A DNA stretch of 47,079 nt, counting the filler, from Sphacelaria rigidula (Eukaryota): NCBI GenBank assembly GCA_964200075.2. It is 2 parts of 2 records of this genome, joined end to end, with 100 filler letters (N's around TTAATTAATTAA, not from the genome) between each part and the next. Parts side by side here need not be neighbours in the genome. Positions count along the whole stretch, not along the records: positions 1 to 23,506 come from CAXNAA020000259.1; 1 more part is not named here. One strand, 5' to 3'. A program made the position numbers and the translations under genes. The notes beneath the pieces were generated by a model. The model saw only the letters and a list, made by a program, of their open reading frames with translations. It was not told the DNA's origin and did not search any database. Positions 1 through 13,345 of the stretch are shown piece by piece (within the stretch, counting starts at the first letter, position 1; each line of letters starts with the position of its first letter).

Positions 1-1615
1 GCTGTCTTTTCAGCCGATGGACAAAGTGCTCCCAGCGGGGGGGCGACGTTGCCACCAGAACCGGTCGCTTCTACTGGTGGCGTGCAGCGGACCATGTCAT
101 TGCACTCGTTCCCGGGTTCGAACTCCGCGGCGGTGCCAGCATGGAGATCGCTCAAACCGGATGAGGTGTCAGGTTTTCAATCTGAGGGTCTGCGAGTAGA
201 TAGCAAGGAAAGGAAATGTCTTGCCGACTTGTCTGTCCCGAGTGCAGGGGGAAAGGGTGTTTGTCCGGTCACGGCTATTTGAGATTCAGAATCTGGACTC
301 ACGACCATGTCAGCTGGTGTGACGGCGAAATTGCAAGCCATGGTTCCAGTTGTCCAAGTGGTGAGATCGATGGTTGGTAAACAGCTGGTGACACTGGCTA
401 ACAGCAATGTTGAGCGCGTGAAGCAAAAAACTTGCCTTGTCCGGATCGCTTTACACACCAGCTTGGGGCCGGTTATGCTGATCCCATGTTCATATGCGGT
501 CATGTCGGGTACAGATGATGTGATGATCATCATGGGGAGCCCTAAGCTGGAGGCGCTGGGCATTGACGTGTACAGTAGCTTAGTTGCCTGTGCACGTGCA
601 GGAAACACTTGGGTGCGAGGTGTAAACACGGCTGATTTTACGGACTGTCGGTGTGTCAGTACCACGGTTGACGCTTTACAGTAACCAGGAGGTCGGACGG
701 AGCCCGTTTATTCCTCAGTCGAGTGGTTGTTGTCGAGAAGTCCGGCGATGAGTATATCCTCGGAACAAGAGCTTGCTGAGTTTGATATTGCGCCGGAGGA
801 GGCGGTACAAGCCGCTGCGGGTAACGGCACATCGGATAGCGACGTGAGCCAAATTCGTGAGCCTGTGCGGAACAGAGCGAGCATTTTCCGGCGGGTGCTG
901 CATAGTTATCCGCCTGCTCGCGTCGAGCCCTGGAAGGTGAAATTCAAACCTGCTGCTGTGGAGGCAAAGGCTCGGCCGAGGGCGTTCTTTCCGGTCAGGA
1001 TGGCGTGGTTGCGCTCGGGCTCGTGTACTGCAGTTTGCAGGTAGAGTGGGCAAAAGCGGCGATTGCAACGCCCGAGAAGTCCTGTTTTCGCTGGATGAGT
1101 GCATGCAAGGCAGAGGAGGGAGTTTTCCGTCACCACAAGGAGGTGGTGCATGGTGTTCACCGAGGGAAGGTTTTTCATTTCAACTTCCTCAGTGTTGGCG
1201 AGGGTAGTCCCCTGGGAGATAATGGCTTGGGCAAAGGTGATCAGTTCAAGTACATATTGATAGGATGGATGACCCGGACGACTACGTGCGGTTGGAGCCC
1301 GCGGAGTCTTGTACGGCGGCAACGACGGTGAAGCATTGTTAACATGGTACAAAACGCTGGGGCCGCAGGAGGGATGGGTCAGCGATACGGTATCGCAATA
1401 TGAGAATCGTGTGGTGAGAGTGCTCAAGAAGGTGCTGATGGATCGCAGATTCGTGGTGGCCAACTCGCAGTTGTCACATCGTGAATGTGAGTGCATGGTG
1501 CGTGACATTGTTCGTACCTTGAAGGTCATAGTGCAGAGATGAAGACACGATGCCAACGCCTGGGTGGGTTTGGTACCTGCCGTGCAGTGGGCATTGCATA
1601 CTGGTTATCGGGACA
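1..1615 (+). mobile_element. Degenerate Ty3/Gypsy gag-end/protease/integrase remnant with most of RT-RNaseH missing
   Basis: Protease-site remnant AI*DSESGLTTMS (intact ILDSGSGITTMS in the copy near 15990). Integrase-core remnants WVSDTVSQYENRVV, CECMVRDIVRTLK, GLVPAVQWALHTGYR match the integrase at 18487-18846. Stops and frameshifts present. Confidence 0.8.
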
Positions 1616-2436
1616 GCTGTGAGAGCTGTAGCTGCATCAATGATGCGGGTAGCGACTGTTGGAGTGGAAATGCCGCTCTACGGTGTGGACGAGGTTGTAG
1701 CTGTAGAACTGCTGTTTCTCAGGAGGAGCGCAGGACAATTGTAAGGCAGGCATTGCCTGAGGTGCTCGATGTTGCGGTGAACGCCGGGTTGGGTGATGTT
1801 GAGGAGCAAGTACTAGCGGAATTGCTTGCTGAGAATGCGGGAGCACATTGTGACTTGTATACCTGAATCGTTTTGTGGACGATTGTAGGTGGTGGTGATG
1901 TGGTTCCTGGACTTGTCTGTAGTGTTACGCTGGTTGGCACGCATGATACACGGTGGTTTCTGGAAAGAAGCTGCTGAGAGAAATATGAGCATGCAGGTGT
2001 GACTGATGTGCATGGTCTCTGATGAAGAGTCAGAGTGACGCAGTTTCCAATACACGGCTGTGTGCTGAATGAAATAAAGCTCATATATCATTTTTCGCGC
2101 AAAAACTGAAATAATGCTTGTGCGGTTTGCAGAAACTGCCTGTAGGAGATGGTGATTGCTGCTGCTGGCGTGAGAATGAGCGGAAACTACGAGATGCGTA
2201 GGCTCGTATGTGAACAAGTATAACGTGAGTATTTCCAGAGGTTGACGGTAAAAAAAATCGTACGCGAATACAGTGATCTTTTACTGTGGTACATCTTTAA
2301 GTGTTTGGATAGGCGCATACATGGTGCTTCGCATCTGCAAAACGGATAATGTGGATGGTGTGCCTATTTTTCTGAAAGAAGTACCGCCTATTTAAACTCG
2401 CTTTCTACTTCGAGTAGTCCGGAGTTTTGGGGGTGC

Positions 2437-2717
2437 TGTAGAGAGTACGTCACCTCCAGTGCACGTACGTGCAGGTTCATGATGATATACAAGTGGAGCA
2501 ATCTGCTGTAGGCGTTTTTTATTGGTTGACGGACTTGCGGGTCTGATCGGCAGACTATGTGGATTCGAACATCATATGCTTCACGCATGTGGTTACTTCC
2601 GATAACGAAGGCTGTGTGTTTATGAATAACAACTGTCTTGAAGTCTCCAGGCCCTAGTGAGGGAGGAAGCCCTTGGAGCAATCTTGTGACCTTGTTCTGA
2701 GTCCAGGAGGGCTCTTT
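2437..2717 (+). repeat. LTR, family 1
   Basis: Starts TGTAGAG right after a PPT-like TTTTGGGGGTGC. Near-identical inverted copy at 6999-7278. Confidence 0.7.
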
Positions 2718-3109
2718 AGCTCCCAAGGGTGCGAGCTGTAGCTGGACTCATGGCGCGAGGAGCGAGTGTTCGAGTGGAAACGCTGCTCTAGGCTGTGCAT
2801 GGGGTCATGATTCGCTCTACGCTGTGCCCGGGGTCGTGGTCCGAGTCCTGCTATTTTTCAGGAGCGGGATGGAGGACTACAAAGAAGGCATTACCTGAGG
2901 TTCCTGCAGTTGTGGTGAGCGCCGCGTTGGGTGCTAATGTTGAGGAGCAAGTGCTGAGGTGATTGAGCGCTTGTTGAGAATGAGGAAACACGTTATGACT
3001 GGTATCCGCGAGTCGTTTTGAGAGTGATTGCAGCTTGTTTTCATGTGGTTTGTGATCATGTTTGCGCATGAAATATTGTTGTCGAGCGAGCATGATCGTA
3101 TTGCGTGTG

Positions 3110-4632
3110 CAGGGTAAAACTATGGCGTACACGTGGGTTTTTGGCATGTGTGTGTTGTGCTGATCTGGTTGGCATGGACGATGCATGGCATTGCATGTGC
3201 TGAGTGAGATATTGGCATGCATGTACGGATTTTCATATGCTGAGTCGAATTTTGGCAGGCATGTGGGAATTTTTGCTCGGATGGTACTGATATGAATTGA
3301 ATCCGGTGACGACCTAGGGTGGAGCAGTTTTCAATATACTGCTGCATGCTGAATGCAGAGAAGCTCGTATAATCTTGTTCGCGCAGGAACACAGTCGAAT
3401 CGTATTAGTGCGGTTTGCACCCACTGGCTGGAGGAGATATAGATGGCTGCTGTTAGCGTGAAAATCAGCTGAAAGATACGTATTGCGTAGACTTGTCGTA
3501 TGTAAGCGGGTATGACGCGAGTGCTTCCGGTGGCTGAAGAGAAAGACAATATGCGCGCATGCATCAATGATCTTTGACCGTGGCATGCTTTTGTACGGAT
3601 TGTCACGTGTTTGAACGAGCACGTGGTTGATTTTCCGTTCATGTCAGAAGGAGCATGTGGATGATGCGTCCATTTGTTCGAAGAACTGGTGTAGGTGGAC
3701 TGCAAGCGTGTCGAGGAATTCAGTATTTCTACATTTTGGCTGATGCACGGATGGGATATGACGGTCCAAGATCCAAATGAGATATAGAAATATCTGGGAT
3801 TTGCTCGAACACAAGAGTTCGAAAACGAGATCATGAGAGGTGATCGATGATGGCCGAGGTCGAGGTGCGTTCGACGTCGTTGGATTAGTATGCATGACTT
3901 GAATAGCGGTTTGAGCCATGGCTTTCCTTTGATTGTCATCATGAAATGATTTCACGTTGAAGCATTGAAGCTTTGACGGCGGGGAGGCATGCGATGCATA
4001 CGTTGCTTACGGTGTCGCAGAAGCAAGCAAGAGGCTAGGTGCGTTTTAGAGGTGTTGGGTGCTTATTTCCTTCTAGCGTGAGGATGATGTATCATTTGGC
4101 TGTTGTACTCCGTTGCGCAGGTGTTGAACGTACAAAGAGTGCATATTGTATGTTAAGAAGTACCTTGTCTCGGATGAGAGGGACCATGAGTCACGAATGC
4201 TCTGGTATTCGACGCTCGCTGACATTTCCGGGTTCATGGCGATGAAGAGTCAAGAGACTTGTTTTGGGCGAAGATTTGAGAATTTGGCGCTAGCTATCGC
4301 TGTATAACTCCAAGTGGTGCAAGTAGCGTGATTACATGTTCATGATGGACGATATTTTCTTAGGATCTCTTGCGAGTTGACGAAAGTAGAGCAAGCTTGT
4401 ATGGAGCTGTTATCGACAGCAGCGGAAGAGATTGCTAATCTTTTCGGTAAGCGGGGGTACTATCAGGTACGAATGATGTCTGAGTTTGTCCAGCTCTGAT
4501 GTAACTACTTGTTGGTAGTAGAAAGCTTTGGGGGTGCTGTAGATTCTAGCCACCATTGTTGCCTAAGGTAAGGGACATTGTGTACGTGGAGTGACCGGTC
4601 TGATTGCCGGACTCTGTGATGATACCTCCCCC
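3110..4632 (+). mobile_element. Long non-coding 3' region, PPT and start of LTR family 2 of a Gypsy-like element
   Basis: Inverted copy at about 20140-21735. AGTAGAAAGCTTTGGGGGTGC is followed by TGTAGA at 4538, the same PPT-LTR junction style as at 2437 and 17698. Confidence 0.65.
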
Positions 4633-6998
4633 GGTTTGAGCGATCTCCACGACGACATCGCCTCTGATTTCGAACCCGGGAACAAATGCAATGACATGGT
4701 CCATCGGCCGGTCCTGGTGGCAACGTCACCCCACCGCTAAGAGAACTTTGTCCATCGGCTGAAAAGACAGCCCTTGTGGGCGCAGGGTTCGTGCCCCCTC
4801 CGCGAGGCACCTGCCCAGGGCCCTGCGACAGCTGCTGCTGTTGTTGCTGCGTGTCGCCAGCCTTCGACTCCCCACCTGTAGTATGTTGTGGAGCAGCAGC
4901 TTGGCTCTGTTGCTTACAATCCTTCACGAAGTCGCTCTGTTCCGTACAGACTCACGAATTTGGCTCACGTCGCTCTCCGATATGCGCTTATCCGTGGCGG
5001 CTTGTACCGCCTCCTCCGGCGCAACAGCAAGCTCTTGTTCCGAGGATATACTCATCGCCGGACTTCTCGACAACAACCACTCGACTGAGGAATAAACGGG
5101 CTCCGTCCGACCTCCTGGTTACTGTAGAGCGTCAACCGTGGTACTGACACGCCGACAGTTCGTAAAATCAGCCGTGTTTACACCTCGCACCCAAGTGTTT
5201 CTTACACGTGCACAGGCAACTAAGCTACTGTACACATCAACGCCCAGCGCCTCCAGCTTAGGGCTCCCCATGATGATCATCACATCATCTGTACGCGGCA
5301 TGACCGCATATGAACATGGGATCAGCATAACCGGTCCCCAGCTGGTGTGTAAAGCGGTTCGGACAGGGCAAGTTTTTTGCTTCACGCGCTCAACATTGCC
5401 GTTAGCCAGTGTCACCAGCTGTTCATCAACCATCGGTGTGATCACTCGAACATCTGGAACCATAGCTTGTAGTTTCGCCGCCACACCCACTGACATGGTC
5501 GTGAGTCCAGATCCTGAATCTCAAATAGCCGTGACCGGACAAACACCCTTTCCCCCTGCACTCGGGACAGACAAGTCGGCAAGACATTACCTTTCCTTGC
5601 TATCTACTCGCAGACCCTCAGATTGAAAACCTGACACCTCATCCGGTTTGAGCGATCTCCATGCTGGCACCGCCTCGGAGTTCGAACCCGGGAACGAGTG
5701 CAATGACATGGTCCGCTGCACGCCACCAGTAGAAGCGACCGGTTCTGGTGGCAACGTCGCCCCCCCGCTGGGAGCACTTTGTCCATCGGCTGAAAAGACA
5801 GCCCTTGAGGGGCGGGACTCGTGCCCCCTCCGCGAGGCACCTGTACAGGGCCCTGCGACAGCTGCTGTTGTTGTTGCTGCTTGTCGCCGGCCTTCGACTC
5901 CCCACCTGTAGTATGTTGTGGAGCAGCAGCTTGGCTTTGCTGCTTACAATCCTTCACGAAGTTGCCCTTGTCTCCACATGAGAAACAACCTGCATAGCTT
6001 GGGCCTGGTTTGCGGGTTTTCCCGGAACTGGTATTCCCATTTCCACTGCTCGTCGTTTTCCCACCATTTGGTTGGCGCTTGCTTTCGGAAGTCCCGTTGC
6101 CACTCCTTTGTTTCACCTGCGGCTGCCGACGGCGCTGCTTTTCCGCTGCTTCCACCGTCTTCCATGCCTCCGCTGCTTCCCGAGTCGTGTTATACACAAG
6201 CCCAGGGTCCTCCTTCCACCCCCCCTTCATGTGCAACATGTTGAGGACTTTGGTTTTGAATTCGGGGGGGGATCAGTCCATTCAACATTTCACGCGTTAT
6301 AATTTGAGCGGGTCCTGGTTTGAAAAACTGCATCACCGCGGAACGCACGCTCAGCGGTAGTGTTCTCCGCAAAAAATCCCTCCAGGGCACCTCACTGCCC
6401 TTCTACTCTTCCCATTGCAATCTGCTCGTTGCGGGTAGCCAACACTTTCCGCACACCAGCGGCAGCAACCGAAGGATCAATCTCTTCATCCTCCCAATAT
6501 CTCGCATGTCGGCCTAGTGCCTCCTTGAGATCATCTTCGTCAAGCACGGATCCGTCAAAAATCGTACGTGACAGACACGCACGAATGTGCTTCGGCCCCA
6601 GTTCACTAACAGTCAATAAGACGGCCTGCATGCTACGTCCCTTGCTGTTCATTTTGACCGCCTCTTCCTACTCGACGTATTTCTGATAAAAACGTCGGGA
6701 CGAATTTTCGCTGAAATATCGTCCGTAATCTGGGACTTTCAGCGATCCTGTAGGCATAAGCTCAGTAAACTTAAACTTCACCTCTTCGCCTGCATCGCTA
6801 TCACCCACTTTCTTGCGCGTTGCCACAGCTGCACGCAACAGTTCCAGCCAACCTAGCCGTCTCTCTGCTGTCAGCGAGCTCCCTCACTTGACAGAGTGCA
6901 CACTCCTGTGTACGAAGTCTGATATAATTTCTCAGCAGCTGCCCACAGCTGATTAACCTCTTCCAGAAACTAGCGGGTTCCTCTCAATAAACGTTTAT
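4633..6998 (-). mobile_element. Degenerate Gypsy gag-protease region downstream of the LTR at 6999-7278, with a duplicated gag segment at about 4633-4932
   Basis: Zinc-knuckle remnant CFSCGDKGNFVKDC; protease region near 5119-5540; frameshifts and stops. About 4935-5802 is a near-identical inverted copy of about 1-880. Confidence 0.8.
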
Positions 6999-7278
6999 TA
7001 TAGAGCCCTCCTGGACTCAGAACAAGGTCACAAGATTGCTCCAAGGGCTTTCTCCCTCACTAGGGCCTGGAGACTTCAAGACAGTTGTTATTCATAAACA
7101 CACAGCCTTTGTTATCGGAAGTAACCACATGCGTGAAGCATGCGATGTTCAAACCCACGTAGTCTGCCGATCAGACCCACAAGTCCGTCATCCAATAGAA
7201 AACGCCTACGGCAGATTGCTCCACTTGTATATCATCATGAACCTGCACGTACGTGTACTGGAGGTGGACTACTCTACA
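6999..7278 (-). repeat. LTR, family 1
   Basis: 280 bp with termini TGTAGAG...CTCTATA; lies directly 5' of the gag region; copy at 2437-2717. Confidence 0.75.
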
Positions 7279-7289
7279 TTTGTTGACAT

Positions 7290-7952
7290 GGTGCAAAGCG
7301 CCTTGTATAATCGAAACAATAGGGGCGTGTGACCCGCGTGAAGCGGGTACGCAAAGCGAGCCGCGAGCTCGTTATGCTGTTCGCGATCACAATTCTGACG
7401 GCGACAACGAGCGTCGCGTGGGGCTGGGGTTGTCGTGTGCATTGCTGTATGCATGGACAGGTTTGGCGTATTTGGCGGCGTCTTTGCCGCTGTACGGTCA
7501 GTCAGCTGCTGGAGGAGGATGGCGTGATGCCATCGGGAGGTGTTGCTGTGCGGGGCTGTATGGATGTTCCCGTTCTGCCTCTTGTTTCCTCTAAAAAAGC
7601 GACCGAAGAACGAGCGTTCATGAATGCGCAAGTATCTGTGGAGGCGGAGGATCTGTCGCATTGGTTTGGCGGTGCGAATATATCTTTGAGAGGCGTGTTG
7701 AGCTACCACATGGGGCTACCAGGTGTAGCTACACTGAAGGTACAAGGAGGGAGTGTCCGAGAGGAAAGGCTGCTCTACGCTGTGCCCGGGGTTGTGGTTC
7801 GGCTGCTGCTGTTTCTCAGGAGCGGGATGGAGGGCTACAAAGAAGGTATTACCTGAGGTTCTTGCTGTTCTGGTGAGCGCCGCGTTGGGTGCTGATGTTG
7901 AGGAGCAAGTGCTGAGGTGATTGAGTGCTTGTTGAGAATGAGGAAACACATT
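7290..7952 (+). repeat. Degenerate retroelement-derived repeat blocks
   Basis: About 7290-7690 is an inverted copy of about 21760-22160. About 7770-7952 is a direct copy of about 2812-2992 and a diverged copy of about 1670-1850. Confidence 0.6.
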
Positions 7953-8047
7953 GGGTAGACTGATGAGGTCTGCAGACTTCCCTATCTTGAAGTGTCAGCT
8001 GCTTTTCAGCGGATCTACCGCCATCAGCGGACTTAATGAACGTTCGT

Positions 8048-8297
8048 TGTAGGCTTCTGTCACTCAAGATCAGATTGTCATGTGAATCCCTCCCATCACG
8101 GGCACATGGACTTCAGCACCTTTAGTTATTCATTATTAACCCTCAGCATAGTACAGGAGAACAGGACCATAGCCTCTCTCCACCAGAGTGGCAAAATCAA
8201 GCCTACTTGTCATGGAGGTCACCATCACAGAGTCCGGCAATCAGATCCGCAACTTCACCTACAAATGTCCCTAGGTAACAATGGTGGCCAGAGTCTT
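8048..8297 (-). repeat. LTR, family 2
   Basis: Matches 19966-20224 and, inverted, 4538-4632. Ends ...GCCTACA at 8048 on the minus strand. Confidence 0.65.
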
Positions 8298-9650
8298 TGA
8301 CACGACAATGCCCAGCGACTCCAGCGTAAGGCTTCGAATGATTAGCACATATCAGTGTGAACTAGAAGTGTAGGATGAACGATATCTGTAGAATGGGATT
8401 GGAAAAATGATGACCAAAAAATCGACAAAAACATTTCCGATCGAGACTGTATGCAGTCCCTGATCATTGATGTATGCAGGTGACGCGGCTCGCGTGAGGA
8501 GCTTCTAGGTCGATTACTCATCATAACAAACGTCAATGTTACCAGATTGAAGAAGCCCCTTGGGATATTTCCATATGGTAGTCGAACTTAAACCGTTCGA
8601 CCGCCAGGGTAAGCCGGTAATTTGTATCAATATCACTTGAACAAAGTATCTATAATCAAGATGGACTACCCGCTCCGCGGTCTAAGGGTTACACCGAACA
8701 TTTTCGATTGAAAGCGATTTTTTCCAGGTTTTTTTATTACCATGACTCATCATGGTTTCTGGTTGATCCCAAACCTTTGAGAATCGAGATAAATGAGTAC
8801 CACGACACAAATTCCGAGAAACAAATATTGTCCGCCACTAATTTTGACCGAAACACGAGCTTCCCGGTCTCCGGAGGTCTTCTGAATGTACAGTCCTTGG
8901 TGCTCGGTCTGCGATATTTCCGGTCGACCGAATCGTTCCGGATCGTTACAATGGAAAATCTTGTGCCTCCTTTTTTCTTCTCGCTATTTATTGCGCTGCA
9001 GCCGAAAAACAGTGTGTTCGTGTCATATGCGGGCAATAACACCCCCTCGATGTACGGAGTTTTATCCCGTATCGATCGGACAACACAAAGTTGGGATGCC
9101 ATTCCAGGTATCACTGAATGAATGTATCAAAATAACTACAACCACCCAGGAGAGTAAACAGTACACCGTTTTTCTATATATAAAATCATCAACTGTACCT
9201 TGAAATGAAACGGTGATCACTAAAAAACAAGTAATGAAAAAAAATGCTACCGACAATGAATGGTACTCAAGAAAATATTTTGCTCGTACTACACTCAGCT
9301 ACACTCAAATTTAAGTTTCGTCAACACATCGACAATCATACATGAGTACGACCATGCCTGGTACATGAAAGAGCAGAAGAGGACAATATATATATGAGAT
9401 GCCTCGTATGCGCGTATGTTCGCACTACGTACATACATACGTTGAGCAAGCAGTGTAGATGTAGTCGTCGCAAGCGTCGCCACCGATCATCGTCCTATGA
9501 TGTATACGGAGCGCACACGTATACCCACGAAGTAGCCGTCGATCTACTAACGTATAGATCTGGTATACCAATTTTGGCTGTTTACATTTACTCGGACGAC
9601 TTTTCTATCGACCATACTCCTCGTTATTGCTAGAATCGTAATGGATCCTA

Positions 9651-11466
9651 CTACCCAACCGCCCCCGCCCCTGCACTCCATTTCTGTTTCAGGTTTGCGA
9701 CCGAAACCTTGAGGACTTTCCCTGAATTCTTCTTGCCCCTTTCAATCAAAGCGGGACAGCTAGTCACGAAACCGGACGCTGGTTCCCAACTTTGGTCTGG
9801 AATCAGCCGCCAGGGCCTCCCGGTTCCTTGCACAGGTACATGGTACCTGCCGAACACGCCTTTCGCGAAATTTTCGAGAGACCAAGAAGCGGCGGCAACG
9901 CGGATGCGCCTTGTTGCGGGGCTTCACCAGTGTACCCATAGCTCACCATATGACTCTATCCCCTCGACGCCATCTTGCGCCCGGCGTACGTCAGTGATGT
10001 GGCCCACAAGGCAGGGGGCTTAATCAGCAAAAAAAAAGGCAAAGTGCCCTATCGTCGACATGGTGGCGATCGCTCCGGCAGCAGCACGTCAAGAACTCGG
10101 TGTTGATGAGTTGACCATCTCAGTTCTCTGCCCGGTGACGTCTCCTTTCGAGACATCACTGCCGCAGTCGCGGTCGCTACTGCTATCACTGTCGCTACTG
10201 CCATCACCTCCGCCACGGCTGCGGCCGCCCGAGCCTTCGCCGCTGTCGCTGCCACTATCGATTTCGCTGTCGCGGTCGCTATTGCTGGGCAAGCCCCTTG
10301 AAAAGTGTGCCTCGCAAAGGCTTCGAACCCTTCTCCCTCAGTAAGTCCGCCGATTCTTCCATTTCTGCCTTCGCTTCTTCTACCTTTGCCATATCTACGT
10401 GATCCGGACGAAGAGGTCGATAAACAAAACATGGCAGCAGAGGGTACAACCGAGTAAAGCGAGCCAGCCTCAGGCACTCCAAAGAGGGCATGCCCGTACG
10501 AAGCTCGAAAGGCTTGTGCAGACATTCGAAAATCTGACTGGGTAGGACGTGTATAGACTGCACACCGGAAGTAGATCTTGTACATGATTAATTAATACCA
10601 AATAATTTCGATACTAATCAGTCCATATATGCCAGGTAGATTCGTGGAAACACCAATAGTCCACACGAAAGGCATTTCGGACGAATTGAAGATTCCGTCG
10701 TACTGGACTACACAAACAGCTCATTACATTTTTCCACTCACCGAGCAAATGGGCAGGTTGCTGCACATACCCCTCACGAGTGATTTATATTATACACGTA
10801 CGCGCTTACAGCGGTGTGACCACGCGAGATTTCGTAGACGGCGCAGACGGACACAACAAACGTTGTCGCACTTTCATTCATTTCTGTTTTCTATATACTT
10901 TTCGGTGAATCTCACTTCCTTAGTTCCAAGGTAAAGATGACCGGCATCTTCGTGGGGCATTTTCTGGCCGTGATCATTAGCTCATCGCCCGATTAACGCC
11001 GCAATATTATCCCCCTTTTTCGAAGGAAGATCGATTACGACGGAAGCAAACAGCGATAACGATCGATTACGGCCAGCCAGGCGTTTTCCTACGACAAAAC
11101 GAACAAGGACAAGGATGTGACCCTGCACGACAGGTTATAGGGAACGGGGTATTGTGTATATGGTGTGAAAGCGCGAATTGCTGCTGCCATGCTGACCGGT
11201 CCAACCCAGTACAGCCGGCAATTTAGGGTTGATTACAACAAAAAGAAGAGGAGAGATGACAGTTAGCTAATGATCACAACATGACCGCAGCAGCAGCAGC
11301 AGCAGCAGAAGCATGAGCACAACACAGAAGCAGCGGCAACAACAGCACAATAGCAGTGGTACACTATAAATCACACAAGTACCAGCGATCATAAGCGAAC
11401 AGGAGACATTTTCAACAAAACCGAAAAACGGAAGCTCGATTATTGCTGCTGCTGCCGCAACTACTA

Positions 11467-11526
<60 letters not shown>

Positions 11527-13345
11527 GCCCTTGATAAGGCGACCGTGCCGTAAAACGAAAACGAACAAAACTCGTTGTTCGTGCTCATGATATCCAGAAT
11601 TATTGATCCGGATATATTGTCCGCGGCTCACGCATGTTCCCAGCATATTTTGCAAGAGATAAAATTTCGCACTTGTAGGTATACTATTTACACCCGTATG
11701 CTATTGGGGCAAAGCAGTAACTGGTAGCAGGAAACAAAACATGGAAAAAGGACACCCCTCTGCTGCGGCTGCTGTGCTGCTACTACGGCTGATCCTGTGG
11801 CCGAGAAAAAACAAGGCAGATAGCGTACACAACCGAAGCACAGCAGCTAGGAATACAGGCAATCACAGTGGTGGTGCCGCTCATTTATTCAAGATAATAT
11901 CACAACCCACCTGCCAATCGTGCTCGATGACCGGGTACCTCCGTCCCCTTTCACAGCATCAAGTAGCCCTTTAGATACTTCGAACATAGTGGTGGAGTAT
12001 TCGTACAGACAGGTCGACCTGCTGCCATCATGCTCCCTAGACTGCACACTGGTAGGGCACGCGCTCACTCACGAACCATTTGCGATCTGTCTCCGCTAAC
12101 AACGCTTCGAAGCGTTCCTCCTCCACTTTGAGCAGTTCAGCGTCGTGGGTGGTAAACGTAGGCGAGGCGAAAAATGCGGCACAATCGAGTTTAATGCAGC
12201 AGCGGTCATTATTCTATTACTCTGAGCTAGACTGGCCGTGAAGTTGTCCAGGCTAACAGGGGCTCGACAAGACCGACGCCGTTTCCGCGGCGGAGGTGGT
12301 GTGGGGCCATGTGATTCGTCTCATACGGGTAGCTTTTCCTTGGGCTGTCTGTCTGCTGATGCAAGAGGTTCAACCGTCCTACCAAGCCACAAGAGAGCTG
12401 GCGAAAATGGCAAAACTACACGAAAAAGCTTGCCTTGTACTACTAGGCAACAGCCAACAGGTCGTAACTAACGGGGTGCGGCGGGGGGAGTATATATTTC
12501 CACGCAGCAAACGCGTGTGCACCGAAATGTTTTCCTGTGTCCGATGAGCTTCACAATATTAATTTAAATATCCACCCGGTCGACGAGGTTTGAATACTTT
12601 CTGAAAAATGATATCAGGGTTGAGATTCGAGAATAACATACTCTTGAAATTCAAAATGTTTCAAACGTTTGAAAAACAGGATTAGCTTTAAATTTAACTT
12701 TTCGCATTTTCAAACTCCTGATACATTAATTTAAATATATAAGGCCACGCGCGCTCTTCGATTGTATAACGGAACAAATGCATTTGTATGAGAATATCAA
12801 CGGGCAGATTATGTCGTTGCAAACATTTTTGTCCCTTGCCTACCTCTTTGCAAAATAAATGCCACCCTCAGACAGACAAGCCAACGCCCCCACCTGAGCT
12901 TCCAGCCGGGAGCGACGAATAGAACCAGGTATAATTCGTGCAGTAGGTTCATCAACTTTAGCATTTGCAAATACAATAGATCGGAAAATGCAGCAGGATC
13001 ATCGACAAAAGTGCGATCACCATCTCCTACCTCACACGGGAGGAGGTGGTGGAGATGGAAAATCGGCTCCAACAGCAGGTGCGTCTAGCTACTTCACGGT
13101 GAGATTCTAAGCGAATGGGAGAGGCAGCCGGTCACCCCTGCCTGCTCTGTCTTTGACTCTTCGAAACTGGAATTATTATTCGCTCACCGGCAGCACTGTC
13201 CGCCTCCGCCCGCGTTTGTCCCGCTCACCAGCTTCAAGTGGACATTCGGCAAACCTCCAAAGACGGCCGACTTCTCCAAACTCGAGCTCCAAGCTCGTAA
13301 ATCGGCGGAAATGATCGGTGGCATCGAAGCCTTCATCCCGTAGAA
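9651..13345 (-). pseudogene. Fragmented coding-like remnants, possibly a decayed Sola-like (DUF7869-type) DNA transposase
   Basis: Frameshifted pieces NDRCCIKLDCAAFF and GRPVCT/YSTTMFEVSKGLLDAVKG (about 11930-12215) resemble the CCxxxC and VCxxxFxxxxxIS motifs I recall for such transposases. Downstream piece PCLVGHITDV...ELWVHW*. No catalytic core or termini seen. Confidence 0.3.
11467..11525. repeat. (CTG/CAG)n microsatellite, about 19 units
   Basis: Direct read of the sequence. Confidence 0.95.

Noticed and set aside
3331-3942. 203-aa ORF, repeated at 20920-21378
   Set aside because: Lies antisense in a retroelement 3' region; the two copies differ in frame and length; no recognisable domain.
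2437-7278. Intact LTR retrotransposon bounded by the two family-1 LTRs
   Set aside because: The LTRs are inverted relative to each other, the interior is scrambled, and no RT or TSD was found.
8708-9203. Overlapping 105-137 aa ORFs
   Set aside because: No motifs or splice support; likely non-coding repeat.
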